DNA of 64,000 nt from the human T2T-CHM13v2.0 reference genome, Homo sapiens, in assembly GCF_009914755.1 (NCBI RefSeq), contig NC_060939.1, one strand, 5' to 3'. Made by a program: the position numbers and the translations under genes. The notes under the pieces were generated by a model. That model did no database searches, was not told where the DNA came from, and saw nothing but the letters and a program-made list of their open reading frames with translations. This document shows, piece by piece, positions 51,491 to 64,000 of this stretch (its first letter is position 1; each line of letters opens with the position of its first letter).

Positions 51491-53801
51491 TAGCTCGTCT
51501 CTGTTCAGTCTGTGATTCCATAGAACCCCTTTGTAGAAAAGCTATTTTAACTGGCAAGCAGATTGCTTTGCTCCACAGCTGCCCTTTGGAGGTTTTGTGT
51601 AATCCTATTAATATTTGTCTGTGGTTAATTTATATTTTAAGGGCTAGTGGGTTTCTAGTAGTAACATATGTAGATCACTGGGGAGGAGGAACCTGAGGCA
51701 GCATAGACTAGTAGAAAGAGTGTGCCTTGGCATTGAAGGGAACTGAGTCCAGCTCTACTCTCAAGGGTCATTTTGACCAGGGGTCAGTTGATGTAGCTTT
51801 TGGGTCACAGTTGACTTTTCTGTCAAGTGGAGAGAGGGCAAAGATGAACCCTAAAGTCTCTTTATGTTCTGTTGGGTGTTCTAGGACTGTAAGATTCATA
51901 TTCTTCTCTCCATTTTTACCCAGAAGGAACATGCAAAAAGAGATGCGCATATGCAGGAAGGATACATGTGGACAGAGTGGACCCTAAACTCAATTATCCA
52001 TTTCCTATCTCCAAAGCAGAAAAGCCACACACATATTTTAGTGATATTTATTCAGCACATAGTGCATTCAAAGAGCTGGTTTTAAATAAAATGGTCTAAG
52101 CACCTGCTTTTTGGTGGGAAGCTGGCAGCAGGGCTTCCTCATTTCACTCTGGCAACCACTCAACATCTGCTCTCCTTGGCTGTTTGCATTCATAAAACTA
52201 TGTCAGCGTCTGTTGAAAAAGACAAAACCTACTCAGATCAGTGCAGGACTCATTTGTAAAAACGAAAGTGCTCACTGAATCAATCATAGACCACATTGTT
52301 CATTTGAAGAGTGGAGACTTCACTTGCTCTTCCTTCTCTTTTAAATTTTCGAAATGCTTTCACATTTACTCCTTCATCTGGTCCTTCTGGCAGCGTCATA
52401 ACATACTATCTATTTGTATTTGGAAGGAAACTGAGGCAGAGTGTGGTTGTATGACTTGATTTTTAAGTGACCAAGAGTTAACGTCAAAGCAGGCCCAGAG
52501 CACCCTGTTTAGGCTCTCAGCTGCCTGAATTCCTACCACATCACACTGCCTTTCAACACAGTCTAGAGTTTGCCTCAGTGTTTCTTAAGAATTGTGCACA
52601 GGAAGTTTTCAAGGAAGGGGGATAATTGTTATAGAAAAAGGAATGGTTTCCCGTGACCTAAGTTTGGGAAATGCTGCAGTAAGCAGGCTTCTTTACAGTG
52701 AGACATCTTGGAGCCTTGGATGTTGCTGAGGTGTTCCAAGATTAGGCATTGCATGTAGGATTTCCAAACATACTGGACCACACCTCCCTTTATTCCCATA
52801 TCATCTCGCATCTTGGAAAGCATTCCAGTAAGTCAGACTCATTGGTGTATATGATACCCACAGTTTGGATATTTGGATGATTTCTGGGACTAAGTAGGCA
52901 TAGTCTACTACTGCAGCTATTTCAGTGATCAGTAACCTAATAGCTTGGTTTTGTTTGCATGTTTGTGTATGCATGAATACTGACAACCCTACTTGTTGCA
53001 ATGTGAGGAGTGTCATCTCTAGCCCTTTGGCTTTGAAAAGGTTGCCATGAAGAACTTACTGATCACTCTCTTGTAGAATTAATTCAAATCTCAAACCCTC
53101 TCAAAGTTTTCAGCAGGCTAACAGGGCCTCATGACTTCCAACAACTTAGATATTCAAGGTGTAGCAGTTTTGACACAGCCTGTAATCTCTTGGTCTTAAA
53201 CTTAAGATTTATTCAAGCTCTTTTTTTCTGAAAAGCTCTATAGCTCTCCAAAACAGATTGACATCCATCTATAATTACAAGCACTTAATTGCCCATATAT
53301 AATAAAATTTCAAAGACTGCAATTATCTCCTCCACATAGACATATACCTCTCACAGTTCAAAACCAAGTACCTTTGTTGGATTCAGATTATGTATTAATA
53401 ATTTCCCAGATCACTCTGCCCTACTTGTCCCTAGGTCTCGGATTTTGCTCAGTGGAGATCCCTGGCTGTTGTCTTCCCATTTCCTATCACCACTGGCAGC
53501 AGCTCAGGCATCCTATACAGAACTTACTCGATCCATGAAAGCCTGGGACCTCTTTATTTTGGGGAAGTGAATGAAACCAGCCATGGAGCTGGGGATTAGC
53601 CTTCTCCCAGACAGGCTGAGTAACACAGGCTGCCAAAAGAGGGGAGGAGGGTGGAATTACCTCAGTGAGACTCCTGGCCAGTAAGAGATAGGAGGCAGAA
53701 AGAAGCCAACAGGAAAACTCTGCTCCTATCCTCCTGCTGACAGGTAGTTCTGAGGTGCAGTGGTTCCTCATGCTACCTCCAGAGCCCTCCAAAAAAGTGG
53801 C

Positions 53802-53828
53802 TGTGTGTGTGTGTGTGTGTGTGTGTGT
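53802..53828. repeat. (TG)n microsatellite
   Basis: Direct reading of the sequence. Confidence 0.95.
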
Positions 53829-54639
53829 AGCTATGGCTGGCTCAGAAACTACCACCTTTGACTTACTGTGTCAACTTCCCTTGACTAACTCTTTATGCCC
53901 TGGACTTGTATCTCCCAAGGAAGCATTAGCATTCAAACTCTTCCTTAAGCTCTATTCTGGGGAACTCAGGCTAACAATTCCATACATAGCCAAGAGTTTT
54001 CTCTGTTTGTAAAGTTATCATAATCATAGCTCATGTATACCAAACCTTACTATACAGACTGTTCACACACAATACTTCCCACAGCACACAAGAACAAAAT
54101 TGTGATAAGCCACTGTCTATAACACATTGTTTATTCTTATTGGTCCTAAAGTAGATCTATTTCAAAGTCTTTTCTGCAGATGATAGATGTTAAGTGTTCA
54201 TTAAGAAAATAGTTATGCTCTAGACAAGTATGCTTCCAGATTTCTTACTGTTTAAGTATGACTAGCTCATGATTTTCTACCCCAATCCTATTCAAGGGAT
54301 AAAATGTATTCAGATAAAGAGGGGGAATAGCATATATACTATATTGTAGAGGTTACAGATTGCATACAAACCTAGGAAGAAAGACCGGTTCATTTAATCA
54401 TATATTTTAATAAAGCAATTGAAAAAAGTGGTTAATTCCCTATCCCTCCCTGGCACAATCAATATAAAGCTAATTTGTATAAAACTTGGTTCTTTCCTGT
54501 GGCCTAGATAATCCACAGTTCGCTGGACTGGAGATGAGACCTTTTCAAACCCTCATCTGGAGAGATGTCCCTACAAACATAGATTATCTCCATGAAATGC
54601 ACTTCCACTGGCAACTAAAAGTCCCTGTCTTCCCAGAGG

Positions 54640-55030
54640 GGATTGTGGGAATCAGGAAAAACAGAACAAGCTGTGCTGCAGTAACAAACAAGCCAATTAT
54701 TTTAGTGGCTTATAACAGTAGGAGCTTATTTCTCACTCTCCCTACATGTCCATCAAAGGTTGGCAGGGCATCTAATCCAAGTCATTCTCCCTTTGGCAGC
54801 AGCAATCACTGAAACCATCACCAGTTACCTTGGCAGGTAAAAGAAGTGTGAATTATGTAATAACTCTTAAAGCTTCAACACAGAAGTGACATAATCATTT
54901 CTTCCCACATTTTACTGAGCAAAGCAAGTCAGATAGTCAGATGGCCACACCTTATTTCAAAGAAGGTGGGGAAAAAATAGTTCTACCAAAAGTCCTAAAG
55001 AAGGAGGATCAGAGTATTTGCTTACAGCTC
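54640..55030 (-). mobile_element. Old MLT1 LTR (K/L-like)
   Basis: 'ctgtgctgcagtaacaaacaagcc...tagtggcttataaca', 'agaagtgaca...cccacattttactgagcaaagcaagtca'. Confidence 0.65.
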
Positions 55031-57049
55031 TAATGACCAGGGCTCTATGCACTGTCACCAAAGGAAGAATCGATCCTGGGAAAGGACGGTCAGTAGAGCA
55101 GTTTTGCCAAGTGCAGCTTGCCCTCTCTGAGGTAACTGTAGATATCCAGATGTTCTCTAATATTGGAAGGTGGTGTGCCACAGGTGCGTGACACACTACC
55201 ATTACCAGCTCACTCCGCCCCTGACTCAGGCCACCTAGTGTAAATGTGTAAACACTTGTTTAAAATCCCCATCTAAGAAGGAGGCAAACTGAGCTCTTCC
55301 TCTCTGGGCTAAGCAGCTTGGATAGGGGAGAAGTAGAAACTTGCCAGCCCCACTGTGGGGCAGGATGGTATTCAGAAGTCATACCCTGACATACCATCCA
55401 CTGTGCTGAAGGTTTACATCTCCTGTTTCTGAAACTGAACGCTGCCAGTAGAGTGAACTCCCTAATGATTTGGCATCCAGAATACATCATCTCCAGATTC
55501 ATCAGCCTGCTCTGGAAGCCTTTGAAAATGCAATCCCCAAGTCCTCTGCAGAGAGCATCCTGTCAACCTGGGAGTTGGCTTGTTTTCTGTGGTGCTTTCT
55601 TAGCAAACACCAAAAGCTATTTTCCAGAGAGTTCCTTTGAATGGTTCCTATAAATCAAAGATGAAAGACATTGTGGCCAGAGGCCTTTTAAAGAAATGTT
55701 TGGTCTTTCTTCACCAAGCTTTTAAAAGACCACATCTTCAGAAGCCATTTTTTAAAAATCTATCTAGGGCTAAGTAAAGAATAATATAGAGCAGAGATAG
55801 TGGAGAATTTTCCAGAAAAAAAAGAAAGAATAGAACAAATCATAAAGAGTTTTTAGGTACAGGAACCTAGAAGCATCTATACTGGACACATTTTTACAAC
55901 TATAAAAATGTCATTGTTTCTTCTTTAACCCCATTAAATGGGGCAAAGGAGAAGAGCGCATTTCCCATTTTCTCCTCTGAAGTGATTCCCCCATTATGCT
56001 GTCCCTGTGCCCAGAGGTTACTGCATTAGCATGACCAAGCCCCCAAATGTCGCATCTCCCTGCTCAGAGCCTCTCTGGCTGCTTGGAAAGCAGGCAGCAG
56101 TTTAATGAGACAAGTTCCCCTTGGAGACTCCTCTCCCCTCGAGGAATTCTGTAAGTGCTTTATACAAAACAGTAATAGGATGGTTCAGCCAGACTCTCTG
56201 GCTCAGATACACTAACTGCTGCTCCCTTTGGGAAGGAGGAGAAGGTAGCCGAGTGATAAGACCATTACCACTGACTGTGCCCTGTGAGCTGGTAGTCCCT
56301 GAAGCCACTTTTCTTGCCCTTTGCAAGCATGAAAGGAAGTCGGTGAAAGGCTGATCAGAACAGACTTCCTGGTGGGAGATAAAGCTGTCTATGGACAGGC
56401 TCTGGATGATAATGGGCAGAGAGTGATTTAGTACCATGATTACTTCTGAATAGAGGCTGCAAGCATTGTGCCCAGGAAGCCCAGTGAAGCTGCGGAGGAG
56501 TGACCAGAGAGAAATCCACTAGGCTGGATACACATAGGAGAGCTGAGCTGCCTACCCTGGCATTAGGAGGAGCCAAGAGCAACCTCTGGGAGGCCTTAGC
56601 AACACCTCTCAGAACTCCAGGATGCATCAGATAAAACAGTCCCATCTGTGGAGAATTTCCCTCCTCTTTCCATATACACTTTACCCCTGTCCTCTGAACT
56701 CACAGATTTTTAATTTTCTTATGACTCCAGACTTTAGGGGTACCTGAGCCTCTGCCTTATTGTTTTTTTTTCTAACAGGTTGGAATGTTGTTGAGATTTA
56801 CTAATGACAGATCAACAGCTGGAGTTAGGGGGAAGTTAGTGAAAGCCATGAGCAGTGTCAGAATGAAATAAGGTCTGCGGGTGGGACTTGAGATGGAAGT
56901 TCATGAGGCAAGATAAGGAGTGGCCTGAACAAAGCTGTGCTTTTATTTTTATTTTTCTTTCTTTTCTTCTTCTTCTTCTTTTTCTTCAATGTATGGTATT
57001 GATTGAGATCTCACTGTCAACTGCACCAATTAAAAATTCTATTCAACCC

Positions 57050-57581
57050 GTGGAATAATTTTAAGACATGTCCACAAATTCTTTGATATTCTTCCCTTTA
57101 AGAGTTGGAGACTAATTCTCCTCTGCTTGAATGTGGGCTGACTTCATGACTTGTTTCTAACAAATAGAATAAAGCAGACATGACAGTGTGTGACTTTAAA
57201 GACTAGGTAATAAAGCTTATTGTGGATTCCCCTGCTAGTTCTCTTTCACTCTCTCACTTGGAGCACTCATTTTGGGAGAAGCCAGCTGCCATGGAATGAG
57301 GACTCTTGGGCAGCCTATGGACAGATCCACTCTGTAAGGAATTGAGGCCTCCTGCCAACAGCCATGTGAGTGCACCATCTTGGAGTCAGATCCTCCAGCC
57401 CCAGTCAAGCGTCATTTGCTGCGGCCCTTGTCAGCATCTGACTGCAGCCTCACAAGAGATCCTGAGCCAGACCTCCCAGTTATGCTGCTTCCAAATTCCT
57501 GACCCACAGAAAGTTAGTGTGAGATAACATGTATTTCTTGTTTTGGGATGATTTGTTATGCAACAATAGATAACTAAGACA
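57050..57581 (+). mobile_element. MLT1F-like MaLR LTR
   Basis: 'ccacaaattctttgatattcttccc', 'gaagccagctgccatg', 'gaggcctcctgccaacagccatgtgagtg', end 'atagataactaagaca'. Confidence 0.85.
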
Positions 57582-58617
57582 ACTGGGATTGTAGTTCCTA
57601 TGGCACAGACAGTGGCCCGAAGTAAGTAACAGATGACCAGAATAAAGTCTGCACCAGTGTTCTCTAGTTAATGCCACAGTTTATTAGCACTTGCTTTTAT
57701 AAAACACTTTGAAAATCTGAAGGCGGGGGGAAGAAAAATGAGGCAAAAGCTTTCCATTCTGTGCATGGTGTTGGCCAAATGAATTGATTATTTTAGAGCA
57801 TCACAAGCTTTGTTTCTTTGTGCCTTTCCCTGGGTCATGTGAAAAAGTCTTCCAGTCGAAGTCTTCCATTCAAAGCAGTGGTTACGTATTCATCCAGTCA
57901 TCATTTTAAAGTAAATTAGAAGACACATTTTTCTATTCTGTATTTAGACATTAGATTGGCTAAATTGGAGCAGAAAGGAATAGAAGGAAAGCAGGGAGAA
58001 ATGAGTAAAAATGAGAACTATAGTTTATATTAGTTTATCTGTGAAGCACCAAAAAAGTCAAGAAATTTCATATTTTAGCAGCTAGAGAAAAGGTGTCCTC
58101 CCGCAGTTCAAGTTTTTATGAATTTTATCCCTAAGCTTTTCATACCCACCTTGATTTATTAGCCTTTCTCAGCATTATATCTTGTGGACCTGACAGGAGA
58201 ACATAGTGCAATGAAACATCTGGTAAATTTTCCCAGACCCTATTATGAAATATCTTCAATTTTCAATTCAGTGAAAAGTAAACAAGTCATTGTCTTCCCC
58301 AGAAGTGATTCACTTTGCTGTCAGAACCCACGGGCTGTAGGCGATAGAGGTTTCAGAGTCCTTCTTCGGGTTGATGGGTACACGGGGCCCCATCTTTTGC
58401 AGTACGGGTGAGCTGGAGGGGTCAGGTAACTCTTGGATGCTTCACCTAAACAAATACATCTGCTTGCTCAGTGAAGTGATTATTTTTAAATTTTCGAGTG
58501 ATGTGCTTTGTTGTTGTTCAGAGGTCACTTATGAATTGACATTACATCAGCAAATAGTAATTGCTTAATTTCTGCAAAAATACCTCGTTTCATTTCCATT
58601 CCAACTTTTCAACCAAA

Positions 58618-58620
<3 letters not shown>

Positions 58621-58663
<43 letters not shown>
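58621..58663. repeat. (CA)n microsatellite
   Basis: About 21 perfect CA units. Confidence 0.97.
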
Positions 58664-58665
<2 letters not shown>

Positions 58666-61466
58666 CATGGCTAGGCTTGAAAAAGACAAGGCAGATAATG
58701 TGGCCGCCTACAGCTGCTTGTTGTATTACATTGCCAGCTTCTTTTTCAAAGGAAAGCATTCCAGCAGATCTTTCTGACAGCAGTCTGTCCTGGACGTAAA
58801 TTAAAATGCACATTTCTGAAAACTTTTTATTCATTAAACAGAAAACAATGCCCAATAGCTGGAAAAGATACTATCAGCTTGGTATTTCAGGAGATTATTT
58901 TTTCAACAGGCGTGTTTATAGAGATAACGTATAGAGATATTAAGCAGATACACTTGACTGACAGACAGGGAGGACTGAACCATAAGGACTTCAAACAAGC
59001 ACGTACTAGCTTCAAGTGCACTGAGCATCTGCCAAGAGACTGAATGACTCAGAACCAGATGATTTTATAACAACACATATGGAGAAACTGAGGTCGAATG
59101 TGGGAAAGAAATTTGGTTAGCATTTCACATAAGTGATATCAGTGTGGTGCAAACAATTCAGATGTAGAAAGTGGGGAGGGGGGTGGAAAGGCTAAGATAA
59201 ATGCTTCCAAAATTAGAGTAGGTTAGCTTGATTCTGAAATCACTGCCGCAACTCCATTACAGAGGCTCAGAAATGGTCCACAACAGGACATTTGAACTGT
59301 GGCTAGCATCTGATTCATTCGAATCGTCAGAGGCTGTCTCAGCAGTTCAGCAAGTGGAAGGGCTTCTTTCACAAAGATAAGCTCAATGATTGAATCTCAT
59401 TAATATCACCCATATCAATCACAGTGCTGGCCACGTAATACACATTCAATAAATGTTTATGCAAGAAAAGGTGGAATTGTTTTCAACATTTTGGATCATA
59501 CCTTCTATATTAGCTATATACTTCCTGCTTTTCTTCTTCCATTTGAAGCTGAATGAAGACAGAGGGGGATCCACCTCTCCCTAAATGTTCTTCCTTGAAA
59601 CAAATGAGCCTGCTGGAAACCCTCAGAGTCTCTAGCACCATTGTTATTACAGTTTCTCTGTCTTTCTCTCCTTTTGATTTCACCTTAATAAGCCCTAAGC
59701 CTATTAATTCTTCTACTTGGGGAAGCCACCAAGGTGAGAAGAAGGAACACCACTTGCATTTTGCCCTTCCTTTTCTCCAGGAGCCAAATTATGATATTTT
59801 TGTAAAAGCATCTCTCCTTTTTTTCCTAGTTATCTCTCAGAGATGATGGTGGATCACCTCCGTGTGGGGGCTGCTTATCTTGGTGGGGATCTGGTGGTGG
59901 GCTTTTAAAGTTGGCCCAAGCTGAGCTGGCTGGCTGCAATTCTTTGTGCTATTTATTTAAGAAAAAGAAAAAGGAAGAAGCTATTGCTGTCTCCTCTGGT
60001 GTGCTGGTGTAGAAAATGTGAGTGAACATTTTCATTTTCAGCTCCAGTTTCTTAATCTCTTGCAGTGGAAGAAAGACAGTATGCCAGTAAACTCAGAACT
60101 TCACAGACCCCACGCTCATGCTCAGCTTTATGGTAAATATTGTAATACTGCCCCAGGAAAGTAGGACACAGGCATGGGAGAATGTCTAAAGGCAGTCTGA
60201 GTGTGCTCCAATCAGTAGTATTTTCTTCTATGACAAATAGTTATCCTTTTGGTGAAACCTGTTTTAAAATGCTAATCCAGGTTTGTTTATAGTTGGCCTT
60301 AGCCAGCAAGCTTGCAGGCCTGCCAGGCCGGGCAGCCATGTGTGACCCTGTTCCTTGAAAACAGCTTCACCCAGGGCTCAGGCGTCTTGTGGAAGAAGGG
60401 TTTGCTACATTATAAAACCAAGGCAGTGGAGGCCAGAGCGAAGAGCAAGTGGCCTTGGAGTTTTCTTATTTGATATGAAAAAATTGGCAAAGCCTATTTT
60501 TGGGGGAGATCAGGGTTCAAAAAACAGTGGTCAGAAAACACTGGATAAGGCTAAACTTAGTGGTACAGAGAACTTTGATTCCTCCAGCAGCCTTCTCATG
60601 TGGGATCAGATAGGAGAGCTGGTGTAAAAGCAAGCAGCCAGCAGTAAAGTGTTGAACACGAATGTGCAGGCTCATCACGGGCTGGCTGCTGAGTGGGGTC
60701 ATCTTTGTGGCCAGAACTGCTGTCTGTTAGCTCAGTTCCATTGCATGGGCCTTGCTGGCCTGGAGGAAGCAGTGACAGAGGCAGACCCATGCTTATCCAA
60801 CCTCAGTGCCCATAATAGAGAAAAATTAAAGTAACATCTGAAAAATAAAAAAATAAAAATAAAAGTGGCTACACAGCCAGGCAAGAAGGAAATGAAGACA
60901 GGATGGCTCTGAGCTGTGTACTCTCCTTTTTCTCTTATTGTAAGTTAAACTATGTTCTATAGAATGCTGAACTTCCACAAACATCTAACCTAACTATCCC
61001 CTGTATCAGGAAAACAAAGTCAAAGTTCATAAAAAATGAATTAAAAGGAAGCCAAAAATACTATTTTATGAAACTGAAGGCAGCTTTTTGAGTATAGTGA
61101 GTAGGGTGTCTAGGTGTGCAAAGATTAAGAGAGAGGGCAGGACACTTTTATTTAAAGGATTCCTGGTTAGAGAGGCAAGGGCATGGCCAGGAATGGGGTT
61201 CTCAAGACAAGAGAACCTAAATTACTGTGCACGGTAAGGCAATAATAATGACAAGAGCTTGCTGTCATGTGAAATGAGTTTTTCCTTTCCTCTGTTCCAG
61301 TCTCAGTAACAGGGTGGGGAAGAGAAGAGTGGAAAGGAGATTCAATAAGGAAAGCACAGGTGCCAGCAATAAGATGAGGAAGCCAGGGCCCAAGGAAGGA
61401 GCTCTCAGGACAGGATGATGGGGATCTGCCAATACTGAGAGCTCAGCAACTGTGACGTTGCACAGC

Positions 61467-61824
61467 TGCTGTGGTTTCAATGTGTGTTCCCCCAAACTCA
61501 TGTGTTGACATCCCAACCCTGCTGGGATGGTATTGGGAGGTGGTACCTTTGGCGAGGTGATTAAATCATGGGGCAGAGCCCTGATGAATAGAGTTAGTGC
61601 CCTTATAAAACAGACCCCAGAAAGCTCCCTTACCCCTTCCACCATGTGAGGTCTCAGCAAAAAGATGGCCCTCTATGAACTAGGAAGTGGTTCTTCCCCA
61701 GACACCAAACCTGTCTTGATCTTGAATGTTCCAGCCTCCAGGATTGTGAAAGGTAAACATCTGTTGCTTATAAGCCCCTCAGTTTATGGTATTTTTGTTA
61801 CAGCAGCCAGAACAGACTAAGACA
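61467..61824 (+). mobile_element. MLT1A-family MaLR LTR
   Basis: tgctgtggtttcaatgtgtg...cagcagccagaacagactaagaca; ~360 bp, TG...CA termini. Confidence 0.9.
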
Positions 61825-62824
61825 ACAAATGCTACAATCACTCTCCAGGTTTCCTCATGCCTTTAAAAGAGCTTGAAGAGCCATTAAGTTTAGGATCCAC
61901 CTGGTGACAAGGCTGCTTTGGGTACACTGTGCTCACACTGCAGGTCACAGGGACCCAGAGGCCAGAGAGGACTGGGAAAGTGAGCCAGGCTGGGAGAATG
62001 CTGTCAGTTGACACCAGGACACATGGGGACCATCTAGGAATTCTCAGAAATGTCCCCAAAAACAGTTAAAGTGTGGTCATCAAAATGAGGAATGAGCTGA
62101 AGCTATCTTAATAGTTAAGCCAAAGCTATCCCAGAAGTCTGGGACTTGGGAAAACTGTGTCAAATGGCCACGGACACTGCTCATATTGATGAAAAACACA
62201 GAAACCATGTTGTTCTGTGAGTACAGTGGTGCCCATGTGCACACCAAGGTAGACAAACCACACCTAGTTTCAGAAATGCTGATTCGGCTGCCCTTACCAT
62301 CTTCCATAATTCCTGGCACACTTCCTCATCTCCCTGCCTCCTCTCCTATAATCTTCTCTTCAAATCTGCCTGGCTGTGTAGCAATTAGCAAGCCTGGTGG
62401 TGCAGGTCCTACAGAGCCTGGCGGCTACACCGTCAGTCAGCAGCTTTATGCCAGCCAAGGAACGTGGGAGGCTGTGATGATTTATTGAATGTATTGTTTC
62501 TACTAATATGAGTAAACAGGCCAAACTACTTTTAAAAAGCCAGAAGTGAAACTACTTCTCCTGGGGAATCATTAATATAAAACAAAATGATTGGTGGAGA
62601 GCTTGAACATAATATCATGCTAAATGTATAATAGTAGAAGGTTAAATTGCTTTCTGCTATCTGTTCTTTTTGTCTTACAGTCTAACACTCTGTATGATAT
62701 TATCATTAAACCACATAAGATGTTACTTCCTCATTGTCCTGAGACTTGATTAAATACTTCATTTTGGTTCTTTAAGTTGCTATTTTTTTGTGGGGGGTGG
62801 GGGGCGGCGCTTATTTCTATTTTT

Positions 62825-64000
62825 AAAATTTATTATTACTGAATTAAATTTACATATAGATAATGAGCTTAGAAAAATATATTCACCCGTGAAACCACTA
62901 CCGTAATCAAGACACAGAATATCTCCATCATCCCAGAAAGTGGCCTTATGTTCCTTTCCAGTTACTCCTAACCAAATCCATCCCCTGCAAGGTCAACTCT
63001 GTTCTCATTTCAAAAATTAGTTCTGTCTGTTGCTGAACTTCATATAAACAGGAGCAGGCTGTATGTGGTCTTTGGTGTCTGATTCCTTTGCCTAACAGGT
63101 TTTTAATATTCATTCATGTTGGTGTATGCCTCAATGATTTATTCATTTTTATTGCTGAGTCCTATTCCATTATATACATGTAACACAATGTGTATATTCA
63201 TCCTACTGTTGATGGACATTTGGGGAGTCTCCAGTTTGGAACTATTGTGATTAAAAGCTGCTATAAAGGTTCTTATGCAAGTCTTTTTGTAGGTATGTTT
63301 TCATTTGCCTTGGGTAGGAGTAGAATTGCAAGATCAAAGAGTAGACGTATGTTTAACGTTAAAAGGAACTGCCAAACAGTTTTCCAAAGTACTCACAACG
63401 TTTTTCATTTCTACCAGCACAATATGAGAGCTCTGGTTGTTCCACATCCTTGATGCCCTCTTTGTTAGCCATTCTAACAGATGTGAAGTGACATTTTGTT
63501 GTTGATGTAGTTTGTATGTTTGTCCCCTCCAAATTTCATGTTGAAATATGATCCCTGGTGTTGCGAGTGAGGCTTAGTGGAGGTGTCTTGGTCACAGGGG
63601 CAGATCCCTCATGAATGGCTTGGTGCCCTACTTGCAGTAAAGAATGAGTTCTAACTCTATTAGCTAACATGAGAGCTGGCTGGTTAAAAGAGTTTGGCAT
63701 CTCCTCCTCCCTCTATCTCTTGCTCTCTCTCTCACCATGTGACACGCCTGCCCCACCTTCACCAACCACTATGATTGTAAGCTTCCTGAGACCTCACTAG
63801 AAGCAGAGGTCGGCACCATGCTTCTTGTACAGTCTGCAGAACTGTGAGCCAAAATAAACCCCTTTTCTTTATAAATTACCTGGCTAGCCTCAGATATTCT
63901 TTTACAGCAACACAAAATGGACTAACACAATTACAGGCTTAATTTTATTTCCCTTATGATGATGTTGATCCTATTTCCATGTGATTATTGGCCATTTGCA
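62825..64000 (-). mobile_element. Old L1M 3' region, antisense, interrupted by an MST LTR
   Basis: 'tattccattatat', 'tgttgatggacatttggg', 'aactgccaaacagttttccaaagt', 'gttgttccacatccttg'. Confidence 0.85.
63503..63929 (+). mobile_element. MSTA/MSTB MaLR LTR
   Basis: tgatgtagtttgtatgtttgtcccctccaaa...'gattgtaagcttcctgag'...aaatggactaacaca. Confidence 0.9.

Noticed and set aside
61265-61660. 131-aa minus-strand ORF
   Set aside because: Starts within the antisense strand of the MLT1A LTR; no homology to a real protein.

Overview
Human (primate) genomic DNA. Positions 238-~12265 on the + strand hold the 3' part of SEMA6D (semaphorin 6D): eleven internal coding exons covering the C-terminal part of the Sema domain, the PSI domain and an alternatively spliced stalk, then a large terminal exon with the transmembrane helix, the proline-rich cytoplasmic tail (stop 9821-9823) and a ~2.4 kb 3' UTR. 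The remaining ~52 kb has no credible protein-coding gene and is filled with Alu, MIR, L2, old L1, MaLR (MLT1/MST) LTRs, a MER41 solo LTR, MER5/MER3 DNA elements and microsatellites. I found no evidence for a wholly new biological system. The most interesting signals are: a GC-AG intron; several routes to truncated, TM-less SEMA6D, including strong cryptic acceptors next to a cluster of ACUAAY motifs in the last intron; a 14-mer shared downstream of both cassette exons; five miR-23 seed sites in the 3' UTR; an 84-bp templated duplication 1.5 kb from its source; a closely spaced inverted Alu pair; and a GAS-bearing MER41 LTR. Repeat subfamily calls and repeat boundaries were made by eye and are approximate.
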